Positions 9,419-18,325 of a stretch of 64,000 nt of DNA are shown here, piece after piece (the first letter of the stretch is position 1; every line of letters begins with the position of its first letter). Source of the DNA: a virus; IMG/VR virus record IMGVR_UViG_3300010160_000035, positions 15,639-79,638 of that record; one strand, written 5' to 3'. Made by a program: the position numbers and the translations under genes. The notes below the pieces were generated by a model. The model saw nothing but the letters and a program-made list of their open reading frames with translations. It searched no databases and was not told the origin of the DNA.

Positions 9419-11266
9419 TTATTTATCCCAATAATCTGCTATCTTACAGTCTACTACAATAGGTACAGACTTAATAACTTCTTGAGCAGATTCTACCATT
9501 AATTTATCTAGTTCTAATTTCCACCATTCAGATAAGTCTTCAGGACATTCTGTTTGTATCTCGTCATAAACTGATAGTAATATGTTGATAGGCAATGCTC
9601 TAGCATCAATAAACCTTTGTACTTTGACTAATGCTGATTTAATAATATCACCATTGGTGCCTTGAATAGGAGTATTTTTACCTGCTCTCTCAATCTCACC
9701 TTGTCTAATAAAGTTCTCTTTGTTATCATAACCAGCAAACCATCTAATTCTACCATAAGGTTGACCACTTTTGATATAACCTCTAGCTTTAGCTAGTTCA
9801 CCTAATGCATTAAGAAACTGTTCTACATTGGGTACTACTTTAAAGAACTTTTTGATAATCTTATCAGCTTCACCTACAGGAATTTGCATAGTATCTGCAA
9901 GTTTAAACTTTGACATACCATAAGCAAGACCAAAATTAATAGTCTTTTGAATATCTCTGTAGGATACACCTTTCTTAAATGGTGTTTCTTGTTTAACATC
10001 AGTAATAGGTATATCAAATGTTGCTGCACATAATACAGAATGCAAATCTTGACCATCATTAAAAGCATTAACCCATAATGGATCTTTGCTAAACTCTGCT
10101 ATGATTCTTAATTCCATACCACTATAGTCACCACCAACTATCTTATAACCTTGTTGAGGTATAAAACAATTTCTAATCTGTTTACCAAGTTCACCTTTAG
10201 ATGGAATTTGATTTAGATTAGGTTCACTAACTGATATTCTGCCTGTAGATAGAATTTGCCATACATTGTAATGGATTCTACCTGTGTTTTTATTAACAAA
10301 CTTTAGAAACTCTTTACCAAATGCTGATTCTAATTTACTATATCTATTATAGTTAATCAATTCTTTAACTAATGGATGTTTATCCTTGTTAGTTTGTAAG
10401 AATCTATCACCAGTACTATCAGTTTGGAATCCTAAGTCTTTTAATATGTTTAGTTTTTGCAATGGGCTACCCCAGTTAATACCTAGCTCTCTTGTTTCAT
10501 ACTCAAATAAACTAGTCTGTACATACTTTGGTATATACTTACTAAGCTTTGGTTCTGCTTTAAGAATGCTATCTAATTTACCTTCAATCTCAAGAGTACC
10601 TTTTCCTGTAATTTCTGCTATCTCTAACCATTTAATCTTATTAATAGATATACCAGTATATTCCATTTTAGCAAATACTCTTGTTACTTGATTCTCAAGT
10701 CTAACTACATTTTCTAAGTTGTATTTCTTAACTTGCTCCATCTGTTTATCCATAATCTGTTTAAGATATGTAACATCATCAGCACAATATTTTACAACTC
10801 TTGTAGTTAATCCTTCTCTGTGTATTCCACCTCTAATAGATTTATCTAGTACTGCACCACAATATTTCATTGCTAGTGCATCTAAACCTAGTTTTCTATC
10901 TTCTAATCCTGTAGTTAGTATACATTCTACTAAAAATGTATCATATACATTCTTAATATTAATACCTAACTTTAAGAAGAACCTTAAGTCAAACTTAGCA
11001 TTTTGCAATATAAATAGCTTATTACTCTCAAGTATTGGTTTAAAATACATAAGATCAATAGTCTTGTTATCAATAACAAACTGATCATTCTCTGTACCAA
11101 ACTGCTGAGTTATTATTTGGCAAGTATGTGGATCAAGACCTGTAGTTTCAGTATCTAATTCAATTACTCCACATTCTGCTATTTTATTGTATGCTTCTTC
11201 TTTACTAATGATAGTATAAGTATCACTCTTAAACAGCTCATTATTTGTAGTTATCAAGTAAACCAT
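9419..11266 (-). CDS. polA: Family A DNA polymerase (3'-5' exonuclease plus polymerase domain)
   Basis: Exonuclease DTETTG, NAKFD, YCADD; polymerase TGRIS, DYSGMELR, KTINFGLAYG, NTPIQG, VYDEI. Confidence 0.95.
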   Translation of the reverse strand: MVYLITTNNELFKSDTYTIISKEEAYNKIAECGVIELDTETTGLDPHTCQIITQQFGTENDQFVIDNKTIDLMYFKPILESNKLFILQNAKFDLRFFLKLGINIKNVYDTFLVECILTTGLEDRKLGLDALAMKYCGAVLDKSIRGGIHREGLTTRVVKYCADDVTYLKQIMDKQMEQVKKYNLENVVRLENQVTRVFAKMEYTGISINKIKWLEIAEITGKGTLEIEGKLDSILKAEPKLSKYIPKYVQTSLFEYETRELGINWGSPLQKLNILKDLGFQTDSTGDRFLQTNKDKHPLVKELINYNRYSKLESAFGKEFLKFVNKNTGRIHYNVWQILSTGRISVSEPNLNQIPSKGELGKQIRNCFIPQQGYKIVGGDYSGMELRIIAEFSKDPLWVNAFNDGQDLHSVLCAATFDIPITDVKQETPFKKGVSYRDIQKTINFGLAYGMSKFKLADTMQIPVGEADKIIKKFFKVVPNVEQFLNALGELAKARGYIKSGQPYGRIRWFAGYDNKENFIRQGEIERAGKNTPIQGTNGDIIKSALVKVQRFIDARALPINILLSVYDEIQTECPEDLSEWWKLELDKLMVESAQEVIKSVPIVVDCKIADYWDK

Positions 11267-11492
11267 CTATCTCATGTTGTATATACCATATTGCTTTTTG
11301 CAAATCTTCAACTTTATCTCCTTTAGCACCTGCTCTAGCAATATACTTTACAGCATTACCTAATGAGAATCCAAGTTTCCAAGCATCAATTACTTTAATA
11401 GCTTCATAAGGATTATCTTTACCCTTATAGTGGTTTGGATGATTTACATTTTCTACACTTGCAGGTATACATTGTTTAAGGTTATTTTCCAT
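11241..11492 (-). CDS. DUF3310-like protein
   Basis: VNHPNHY, GNAVKYIARAGAK, EDLQKAIWY. Confidence 0.85.
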   Translation of the reverse strand: MENNLKQCIPASVENVNHPNHYKGKDNPYEAIKVIDAWKLGFSLGNAVKYIARAGAKGDKVEDLQKAIWYIQHEIDGLLDNYK

Positions 11493-11677
11493 TAGAATAT
11501 CTCCTCTATTATACCTAATACTTCAGCTATACCAAAAGCAATTGCTGCTGATATTAACATATTACATCCTAAAAATGTACATGCACCAAATCTAACAAAT
11601 GATTTCATAAAACTAATAGTTTGATGAGTTCTTGGATTTGGTAATTCATTTAACTTATCTTTATTTTTCATACCCAC
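11492..11677 (-). CDS. Small membrane protein
   Basis: HQTISFMKS..R and hydrophobic AEVLGIIEEI. Confidence 0.6.
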   Translation of the reverse strand: MGMKNKDKLNELPNPRTHQTISFMKSFVRFGACTFLGCNMLISAAIAFGIAEVLGIIEEIF

Positions 11678-11862
11678 ACTTTTTGAATTTTGTTTATCAT
11701 TTCTACAATTTCAGATTTATGTTCTCTTACTCTATATGGAGTATTTGTTGTTCCTACTGATGTACAATTAGGTAATTCATATAAACTAACAATATGATTT
11801 ATATTAATATATATAGAACTATCATTATCTTGCAAATTTAGTTTAATAAATATATTTCTCAT
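11668..11862 (-). CDS. Hypothetical protein, FlbD-like small beta fold
   Basis: FIKL..IYININHIVSL..VREHKSEIVEMI. Confidence 0.5.
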   Translation of the reverse strand: MRNIFIKLNLQDNDSSIYININHIVSLYELPNCTSVGTTNTPYRVREHKSEIVEMINKIQKVWV

Positions 11863-12113
11863 AATTTTCTTAGTTGTTTTAGTATTTTTTCTTTGTTTTC
11901 AATAGCAAACCAGTACATGTGTACATTTTTTCTGTAGTTAGTACTCCATCCTGGAGAGTATTCTAGTAAATCTTCACGTTTATCTAATGTTTTTGCTACT
12001 AAAGTATCAGTAGTAATTACAATCATTACACAGTCTTGATATACTATATGCATGTTTCTTTGTGAATAACTATTAATAGTTATAAACAGTAATAATGTTA
12101 ATATTGCTTTCAT
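11859..12113 (-). CDS. Hypothetical protein with signal peptide
   Basis: MKAILTLLLFITINSYSQ. Confidence 0.55.
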   Translation of the reverse strand: MKAILTLLLFITINSYSQRNMHIVYQDCVMIVITTDTLVAKTLDKREDLLEYSPGWSTNYRKNVHMYWFAIENKEKILKQLRKL

Positions 12114-12313
12114 AATTTCTCTATTTCTTGTTTAACTTCTTGCCAGTAATATCTATCAATTCTATACAATCCTTGTTCTGTTGAATGATGATTAAGTATC
12201 TCATCAACTGCAACTAAAGCACATTCTTTAGCATATAGATTCTTATAAATAAGACTATCTGCATTTGTTGTCATTTTATTTAATAAATCTTTAGCTTTTT
12301 CTTGTGGTGTCAT
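12110..12313 (-). CDS. Hypothetical phage protein
   Basis: MTPQEKAKDL..AKECALVAVDEIL..YWQEVKQEIEKL. Confidence 0.65.
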   Translation of the reverse strand: MTPQEKAKDLLNKMTTNADSLIYKNLYAKECALVAVDEILNHHSTEQGLYRIDRYYWQEVKQEIEKL

Positions 12314-12338
12314 TATTTAAGTTTTAATGTTGTTAATA

Positions 12339-12369
12339 AATGGGTGATAGCTATTAACTACCACCCATT
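12339..12369 (-). terminator. Hairpin downstream of tmRNA, possible terminator or processing site
   Basis: AATGGGTG...CACCCATT inverted repeat. Confidence 0.45.
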
Positions 12370-12417
12370 AGGACCATCACAGTTATGATGGACTCCACCA
12401 ACTAATCCCCATTAGTG

Positions 12418-12818
12418 TGGAGGTAATGGGAGTCGAACCCATGTCTCAAAATAAATTTCAATTGTTTTCTACAAGTTTAGATAAGGTTTTTCAAACTTTA
12501 AACCTTTCAAAAAGTCTAACATGTACACTGTATGTTATACCAGCTTGAATTCTAATATTTTTTTCTTCCTCACAACTCAAGTAATTTAGGAATATGTACT
12601 TAATTAGACAAGCTCAAGTACAGGAGCTTCAACATCATTAAATGATGCTACAAGGTCAGCGATGGCAGATTTACCAACTACGTCAGCAATCTTACCTGTT
12701 TCAATAGTGTTTCCAGCTATTATTATCTACTAATATTTAAAGTCCTCACATTATTAGACAAGGGACTACTTGCTTACATACTTACTCTTTGTATTCTGAT
12801 CAATACCATGATACCCCC
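12418..12818 (-). ncRNA. ssrA: tmRNA, about 401 nt, CCA not encoded
   Basis: 5' GGGGGUA pairs with 3' UACCUCC-A and includes the G3-U alanine determinant; T-arm AUGGG-UUCGACU-CCCAU preceded by GAC; internal ATG-less tag frame 12714-12604. Confidence 0.9.
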
Positions 12819-12892
12819 ATATGTAAAAACATTCATAGTTGGTTCACACATCAAATGTTACCTATAAGACTATTACTGGTTTTTACAATATT

Positions 12893-13135
12893 TTAATAAT
12901 CAAGTAATTTATTCCATTTTTTTTGAACTTCCCAAGCATTATTTACATACTCATTAAGCTCTTTCATAGCAGTTTCTATTGATTCAAAAGCTATAGATTT
13001 ACAACCTACATTTACAACACAACCTCTACTAAGAAACTGTATTCTTATTTCATATTCTTTTAATACTTCTGAATTTTTAGGTTGGTATTCTTTTATACCT
13101 AATTGTTCTTCACGTAGCATTGGTATTTCATTCAT
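12893..13135 (-). CDS. Hypothetical protein
   Basis: 80 aa ORF, GCVVNVGCK motif. Confidence 0.6.
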   Translation of the reverse strand: MNEIPMLREEQLGIKEYQPKNSEVLKEYEIRIQFLSRGCVVNVGCKSIAFESIETAMKELNEYVNNAWEVQKKWNKLLDY

Positions 13136-13150
13136 GATTATTTAGTTTAG

Positions 13151-13732
13151 TTATTGTTTTTGTTTTAAATATCTATATTTTCTAGCTGAATTTTTATTTT
13201 TAGATTTATATGTGTCCAATTGACTATCACAGTTAGGACAAACTAATCTTAAATTATTTCTATTGTTATTAGCTGCATTACCATCAATATGATCTAATAT
13301 AAATACTAAAATTTTATCATTCCATTTATTACTCATACTACAAATAGAACATTTACTATCTTGTTCTATTAAAAACCTAGGTTTAAATACAGATGGTGAA
13401 TAATTTTCTCTACAATACTCATTATTGTTATCAATAAAATCTATATACCTTAAATTGCTTTGATACTCTTGCTGACATTTAGCAGAACAATATTTTTTTG
13501 AATACACATCACATTCTTTACTACAATTTAAACAATAGACTTTTTCTCTAGTATTATAATTAGCAGGTTTCCAATTTTCAGGAAACTTACTTCTAATTTT
13601 TAATTTTATGCCTAATCTATTAGCTATCTTTTTTATATAAGTGTCTGATACTCCGTATTTTTCACCTATTTTAATATAAGACATCTTTTGATTAAAAATT
13701 AAGTCCTCTAATTCCTCTTTATTATATTTCAT
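13151..13732 (-). CDS. HNH homing endonuclease with N-terminal HTH and zinc fingers
   Basis: CSIC..LDHIDGNAANNNRNNLRLVCPNC; own TATATTTG promoter at 13751-13758. Confidence 0.9.
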   Translation of the reverse strand: MKYNKEELEDLIFNQKMSYIKIGEKYGVSDTYIKKIANRLGIKLKIRSKFPENWKPANYNTREKVYCLNCSKECDVYSKKYCSAKCQQEYQSNLRYIDFIDNNNEYCRENYSPSVFKPRFLIEQDSKCSICSMSNKWNDKILVFILDHIDGNAANNNRNNLRLVCPNCDSQLDTYKSKNKNSARKYRYLKQKQ

Positions 13733-13798
13733 AGTAGTAATTTCTTACTACAAATATAATAAATTCGAACCACATTTCCAAATCTTAATCAGTGATAG

Positions 13799-13875
13799 TT
13801 CCCAAGATTGGATTCGAACCAACATGTGTCCAATTACTGTTTCAACTGTTTAGAAGACAGAGCAGATACTCAGGA
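13799..13875 (-). tRNA. Non-canonical, D-arm-less tRNA-Arg(UCU)-like element
   Basis: Acceptor UCCUGAG/CUUGGGA-A; anticodon arm CUGU-CUUCUAA-ACAG; T-arm GUUGG-UUCGAAU-CCAAU. Confidence 0.6.
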
Positions 13876-13882
13876 GTTTTTT

Positions 13883-13907
13883 ATTCTATCCGTTGAACTA
13901 TGGAAAC
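13883..13907 (-). pseudogene. Orphan tRNA 5' half (acceptor strand plus D-arm, tRNA-Arg-like)
   Basis: GUUUCCA-UA-GUUC-AACGGAUA-GAAU, followed by an A-run instead of an anticodon arm. Confidence 0.55.
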
Positions 13908-13910
13908 AAG

Positions 13911-13936
13911 TAATAGGGGCTTTTACACCCCTATTA
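13911..13936 (-). terminator. Hairpin after the 13958-14443 ORF
   Basis: TAATAGGGG...CCCCTATTA inverted repeat. Confidence 0.55.
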
Positions 13937-13957
13937 ATAACAACAACTCCTTGTTGA

Positions 13958-14443
13958 TTAAGATACTATCTCAGCTCTTAAAGCTTCTAAAGCAGAAGCA
14001 GTTTTGTTAACATTAGCATCAGCAGTCATTACTTCATGACCTTTAGATGCAAATGCAGACTTAACTGCGCTTTCATGTGCAGGAGAATCAGTATCACTGA
14101 ACACAACAGTTGTGTAAGTATTTACTGTTCTAACTGAACCATCACCAGCTGTAATGTCATATGGCATAACTTCACGTGTTTCAATAGAACCCATGAACCA
14201 ACCACCATTGGTTGGATTAGCTGCGTTGAACATTGCATCAGTATAACCTGAATCTTGTTTACCAAGATAGTTTAACTCATAGCAATTTGCTTTGGTTGTT
14301 CTTGCTTGAGTACTTGGCACTAACATTTTCCCAAATGGAGTGTCAATATACTTTACTTCGCCAAAAGATACAGTCTTGTATTTACGGCCATTCTTGTCTA
14401 ATTTTACTTCAGACTCTGCTGTTTTGATTACTACGTTACTCAT
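13958..14443 (-). CDS. Hypothetical protein, possibly single-stranded DNA binding
   Basis: 161 aa, beta-rich, in the replication arm, followed by a hairpin; function is inferred. Confidence 0.4.
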   Translation of the reverse strand: MSNVVIKTAESEVKLDKNGRKYKTVSFGEVKYIDTPFGKMLVPSTQARTTKANCYELNYLGKQDSGYTDAMFNAANPTNGGWFMGSIETREVMPYDITAGDGSVRTVNTYTTVVFSDTDSPAHESAVKSAFASKGHEVMTADANVNKTASALEALRAEIVS

Positions 14444-14457
14444 AATTTTAAATTGTT

Positions 14458-14712
14458 TTAATTGTTTTTGTTTTTGTTGTTAAATTGTTTGTTTTTGTTG
14501 TTATTATTACGGAGTTGTTGTTTTTCTTTAATAGTCTTTATTGCTAATCTGATATTATTAATATCTTGTTGGCATTGGTTAAACATAACCACATTACCAT
14601 TAGTAATATAATAATCAGACCACATAAAGTTCATTTGTAAGTTTTTATGAAGGACATCAATTTCTGTCATATCATAGTTGTTCCATCTTACTGGCATTGT
14701 GAAATTACTCAT
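14458..14712 (-). CDS. Hypothetical protein with N/K-rich tail
   Basis: 84 aa ORF. Confidence 0.45.
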   Translation of the reverse strand: MSNFTMPVRWNNYDMTEIDVLHKNLQMNFMWSDYYITNGNVVMFNQCQQDINNIRLAIKTIKEKQQLRNNNNKNKQFNNKNKNN

Positions 14713-14865
14713 AAGTTTTTAATTTGTTTGAAAATGTGAATAGCTTGAGAATTAAAGTCTAATGAATCATCATAAGCTTTAACTTTCGTTAATAATGGTG
14801 GTTTAGAAATAAATGTGCTCTCTGACTTTTTATTAATCAGAGAGCTTATTTTTAATCTAACCATT

Positions 14866-14961
14866 TCAAATGGTGTTTGCATAAATACAAAAAATTAAAG
14901 TAACTAACAAATACAATATGCTAATTGTAGCCATTGGGTGTTTTCTAATGATTCTTGTCAT
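14866..14961 (-). CDS. Small single-TM peptide, 31 aa (not in the ORF track)
   Basis: MTRIIRKHPMATISILYLLVTLIFCIYANTI after an A-rich leader. Confidence 0.4.
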   Translation of the reverse strand: MTRIIRKHPMATISILYLLVTLIFCIYANTI

Positions 14962-14977
14962 GTTTTTAGTAAAAAAG

Positions 14978-15196
14978 CTATAAAGGGTTAGTAATAATAT
15001 GAGCAGTATATTCTGGTTGCTCATCCAGTTCTTCATGTGTTGGTATCAGTTCTATTTCAACAATACGGCTATCATATTTATCAATAATATTCATAGCTTG
15101 AATACTTGATATATTATAAACCTTTTGTTTAACAGGAACTGAAGGAACATAGACAAAATAACTATTGCCTATGTTCACTATCTCTCCTATGTACAT
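14978..15196 (-). CDS. Hypothetical protein
   Basis: 72 aa ORF with TAATG coupling to the upstream gene. Confidence 0.5.
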   Translation of the reverse strand: MYIGEIVNIGNSYFVYVPSVPVKQKVYNISSIQAMNIIDKYDSRIVEIELIPTHEELDEQPEYTAHIITNPL

Positions 15197-15330
15197 TATT
15201 TATGCGTTTTAGGTAATCTAGCAAGTCCACCACAACCATGATTTACTAAACCATTGTTTTTACCTGCTGAACAGCTAGTCATTACAGCTATTAAACACAT
15301 TAATACGAAAATTGAAATTGCTTCTTTCAT
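15196..15330 (-). CDS. Small lipoprotein, 44 aa (not in the ORF track)
   Basis: MKEAISIFVLMCLIAVMTSC-SAGKNNGLVNHGCGGLARLPKTHK; lipobox; fills the gap exactly. Confidence 0.6.
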   Translation of the reverse strand: MKEAISIFVLMCLIAVMTSCSAGKNNGLVNHGCGGLARLPKTHK

Positions 15331-15335
15331 GTTAA

Positions 15336-15710
15336 TTAAAAGTCTAATGTTATTTGTCGTGGTGGTGGTGGCATTTGATTACCATTTTTTAGATGTGCAA
15401 TATTCCACGTGCCTGGATGGTCAGAATTAGATAGTATATCTATTTCTTTCTGCAAATGCTGTTGTTTTTGCATTCTGTTAAACAACATAGCCTTCTTTTT
15501 GTGTTGGTAATATTTATCCATCACAATCATTGGCATGTTATTCTGATACTTTACAGTATATTCTAATGAAAAGTATTTTCTACCTTTCCAATTAGAGTAA
15601 ACTAATACACCATCATGCATACCTTCTGGTAAAGAAGTTGCATATGTCATTCTTACTTGTACACTATCATTAAAATAGAATACTTTACAGTTTTTTGGTA
15701 ATGTTACCAT
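15336..15710 (-). CDS. Hypothetical early protein
   Basis: 124 aa ORF. Confidence 0.55.
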   Translation of the reverse strand: MVTLPKNCKVFYFNDSVQVRMTYATSLPEGMHDGVLVYSNWKGRKYFSLEYTVKYQNNMPMIVMDKYYQHKKKAMLFNRMQKQQHLQKEIDILSNSDHPGTWNIAHLKNGNQMPPPPRQITLDF

Positions 15711-15805
15711 TTTTAGTTGTTTTAAGTGAATAAAAAAATAAAGCCTTTTGTCTTCATGCTTAGGAATACGTCGGATATCACGACCTTTCTATTGTATTTT
15801 TAGTA

Positions 15806-16036
15806 CTAACAGTACTCATTTTCATCATACACATCCTCATCATATACATCTTCAATTTCTGCTTCAGCAAAACTTGCTTCAATATTTGATTGATACTTAA
15901 CTTCAACAGGATTACTATCAATTAAATACTCGTAGTAATTAATTATAGTTATTACTGATGCATTAGGCAAGACACTACCATCCATTAGGTTGGTAAATGC
16001 CTTGCTTGTTTTAGCCATTGCTTCTAACTTAGTCAT
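15806..16036 (-). CDS. Hypothetical acidic early protein
   Basis: 76 aa ORF with D/E-rich tail. Confidence 0.55.
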   Translation of the reverse strand: MTKLEAMAKTSKAFTNLMDGSVLPNASVITIINYYEYLIDSNPVEVKYQSNIEASFAEAEIEDVYDEDVYDENEYC

Positions 16037-16038
16037 AG

Positions 16039-16548
16039 TTAATGTGCTAATTGATAAGGAATTTCATCAGTAACTGCTGGTTGTTCCCATTTATCACACT
16101 TATTCCAAGAATTCAAATCCATTGTACCATGATTTCTTTCCATTTCTGGAAGAACTACATGCATAGAGGTAAGTTCTTTATTATTAGCATACTCTTGCTT
16201 ATAGCTTAAGTAGTTTTCATAATTAATATCCTCTTTGTTAGCATTTCTTTCAATGTAAATGTGTAATTTCTTGTTTTCTTCAAAACTATATGACACAATT
16301 TTTGCAAACATATCATAATGTGTTAAAGTAAACCTATTACCAGTATTAGAACTTTTAACATCTGTTTCTAACTCAGGGTGTTCGTAAATACCTAACATCA
16401 ACTCCATTGCTATCTCAGCATTCGGTGTTGCATAAATAACTGTTAGTAAATCATCTACGGATACTCCGTGATATTTACTTTCTAAAGCTGCTTTGTACAC
16501 TTTAGAGAACATTACTCCATCATTGTTGTTTTTTGATTTTGAGTTCAT
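16039..16548 (-). CDS. Hypothetical early protein
   Basis: 169 aa ORF. Confidence 0.6.
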   Translation of the reverse strand: MNSKSKNNNDGVMFSKVYKAALESKYHGVSVDDLLTVIYATPNAEIAMELMLGIYEHPELETDVKSSNTGNRFTLTHYDMFAKIVSYSFEENKKLHIYIERNANKEDINYENYLSYKQEYANNKELTSMHVVLPEMERNHGTMDLNSWNKCDKWEQPAVTDEIPYQLAH

Positions 16549-16549
16549 T

Positions 16550-16777
16550 TTAAATTGATTTATGTGAATAATAATTAGTTGGTTTCATTGGTTTTGCTCT
16601 CATTTCTAATAGATAACTATACTTATCCAAATATGGTTGTAGTGTAGTTATTCTATTTTCATGATATGTTCTTGACCCTTTACCTGAAGGATTAAATATT
16701 CCTTTAGATAGTACATCTTTAGAATGTGCTAATGATTTAGCTAATATTCTAACTTGAGAAGGTAATGGTGTTCTCAC
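16550..16777 (-). CDS. Hypothetical basic protein
   Basis: 75 aa ORF with GTG start. Confidence 0.4.
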   Translation of the reverse strand: MRTPLPSQVRILAKSLAHSKDVLSKGIFNPSGKGSRTYHENRITTLQPYLDKYSYLLEMRAKPMKPTNYYSHKSI

Positions 16778-17374
16778 TATATATTAAATTAATTGGTTAC
16801 AAAAGAATATTTAAAACTTTGATATAGTACAGCAAGAGTTCTCTATTGTACTTTCATTCTTACTACCTTAACAGCTTCCTTTGTGCATTTCTACATCAAC
16901 ATCAGAGTTTCAGCTAATTAAGCTAAGGAGTATAAGACCGACCTTACACTAACTTGTAATTAAATCTCAAAATATACCTTATAGGTGCTGAATGAGTATT
17001 ACAATATTGTTAGTATATCAAAGAATTAAATTAAATCTTTGCACTCAGTTGTAATAGTAAACTTTCAGTAGAAGACAACTACAGTTTCCTGTTTTCACAT
17101 CTATTGTTTACCTAACACTTATAAATTACAACTAAATGCAAAGAGTATTTTGGTTAGTAAGGCGAATGCCTGCATTGTTTCATCACCACTTATGCTATAG
17201 TCAAAAAATGCGTGGTAGTTATATTACCACTAGGTTAATGTCTTGTAACCTATACAATGCAAACTACGATGAGTTTGTCTAATCAGCGGCCAATATAACT
17301 GTTTATGGTTAGTGTTCCACGTGCCTTTTGTGCTAAACTGTCACTACTCAGTATTATTATAACCTGTGCACAAG

Positions 17375-18148
17375 TTATAACTGCGTTGCTTTAGAAGAAT
17401 GTTCTCTATGAAATTCAAGATAACTACCTAAATAGCTTCTATATTCAATGATTCTATCCTCTTTATCGTAAAACTTTACTTTATCTAGATAATCTTGATA
17501 AACCTTTTCAAGTTCTATTTCACTATATACAGTTTCTTCATTTTTATCTCCTATTACTACACATTGACCCATACTTTTATACTCTGAGTAATATTTTACA
17601 GGCTTAAATTCTAAATGAGCCTCTAATACTATCTCTTGCAGTAGAAAATTAAAGCAATTACCTAAACTTTCAAGGTTTTTACGAATATTGAGTTTTAACT
17701 CTTTTTCTTGATGCATAAACAATAAAGCTTTAACATCATCTTGAACTAATAATTCATCCATAGATGTAACTATATCTCCAGCCCAATACACATTTTTGGA
17801 AAGAAACTTTGCAATTACTTCTACTTCATAAGGCTCATCCATATCATAATCATATCTTGATCGTGTATATGTATAAGTTAATATGCTAAATTCTACTTTA
17901 TTACCATAGTCTAATGTAATAGTAAGTCCGTGAAAATTCTCTACAATGTTATGAGTAGGTAATAAATCAATTTCTTCATCTTTAGCTATTTCAGCTAAGT
18001 ATTTTGCACTGCCTTCTTTATAGTCTTTTGCATTAGAACGATAATTCTTTTTAGCAAAATACTCATCAATTACTTTTTGAGGTACTTTATTATCAAAGAA
18101 GTTATTCAATAAGAACAGTTCAGATACATTAATTTCAATACTTTTCAT
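17375..18148 (-). CDS. Hypothetical early protein
   Basis: 257 aa ORF with A-rich leader. Confidence 0.65.
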   Translation of the reverse strand: MKSIEINVSELFLLNNFFDNKVPQKVIDEYFAKKNYRSNAKDYKEGSAKYLAEIAKDEEIDLLPTHNIVENFHGLTITLDYGNKVEFSILTYTYTRSRYDYDMDEPYEVEVIAKFLSKNVYWAGDIVTSMDELLVQDDVKALLFMHQEKELKLNIRKNLESLGNCFNFLLQEIVLEAHLEFKPVKYYSEYKSMGQCVVIGDKNEETVYSEIELEKVYQDYLDKVKFYDKEDRIIEYRSYLGSYLEFHREHSSKATQL

Positions 18149-18325
18149 TGTTTTTAGTTTTTAAATGTGGATAAAAAGATTTGTCCATCTGCACTCAGTT
18201 GTAATAATGTCCGTAGATTTTATAGATACATTCTATATTTACCATTATTACAACTGCTCACCCTTTGGAAGTGAGTTATGGTGCATTAACAAATTTGGAA
18301 GCTTATGGTTTACCAACCTGTATTA

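Noticed and set aside
17150-17200. Hammerhead ribozyme (GGUGAUGAAAC on the minus strand)
   Set aside because: It lacks a proper CUGAUGA core and a stem II between the core elements.
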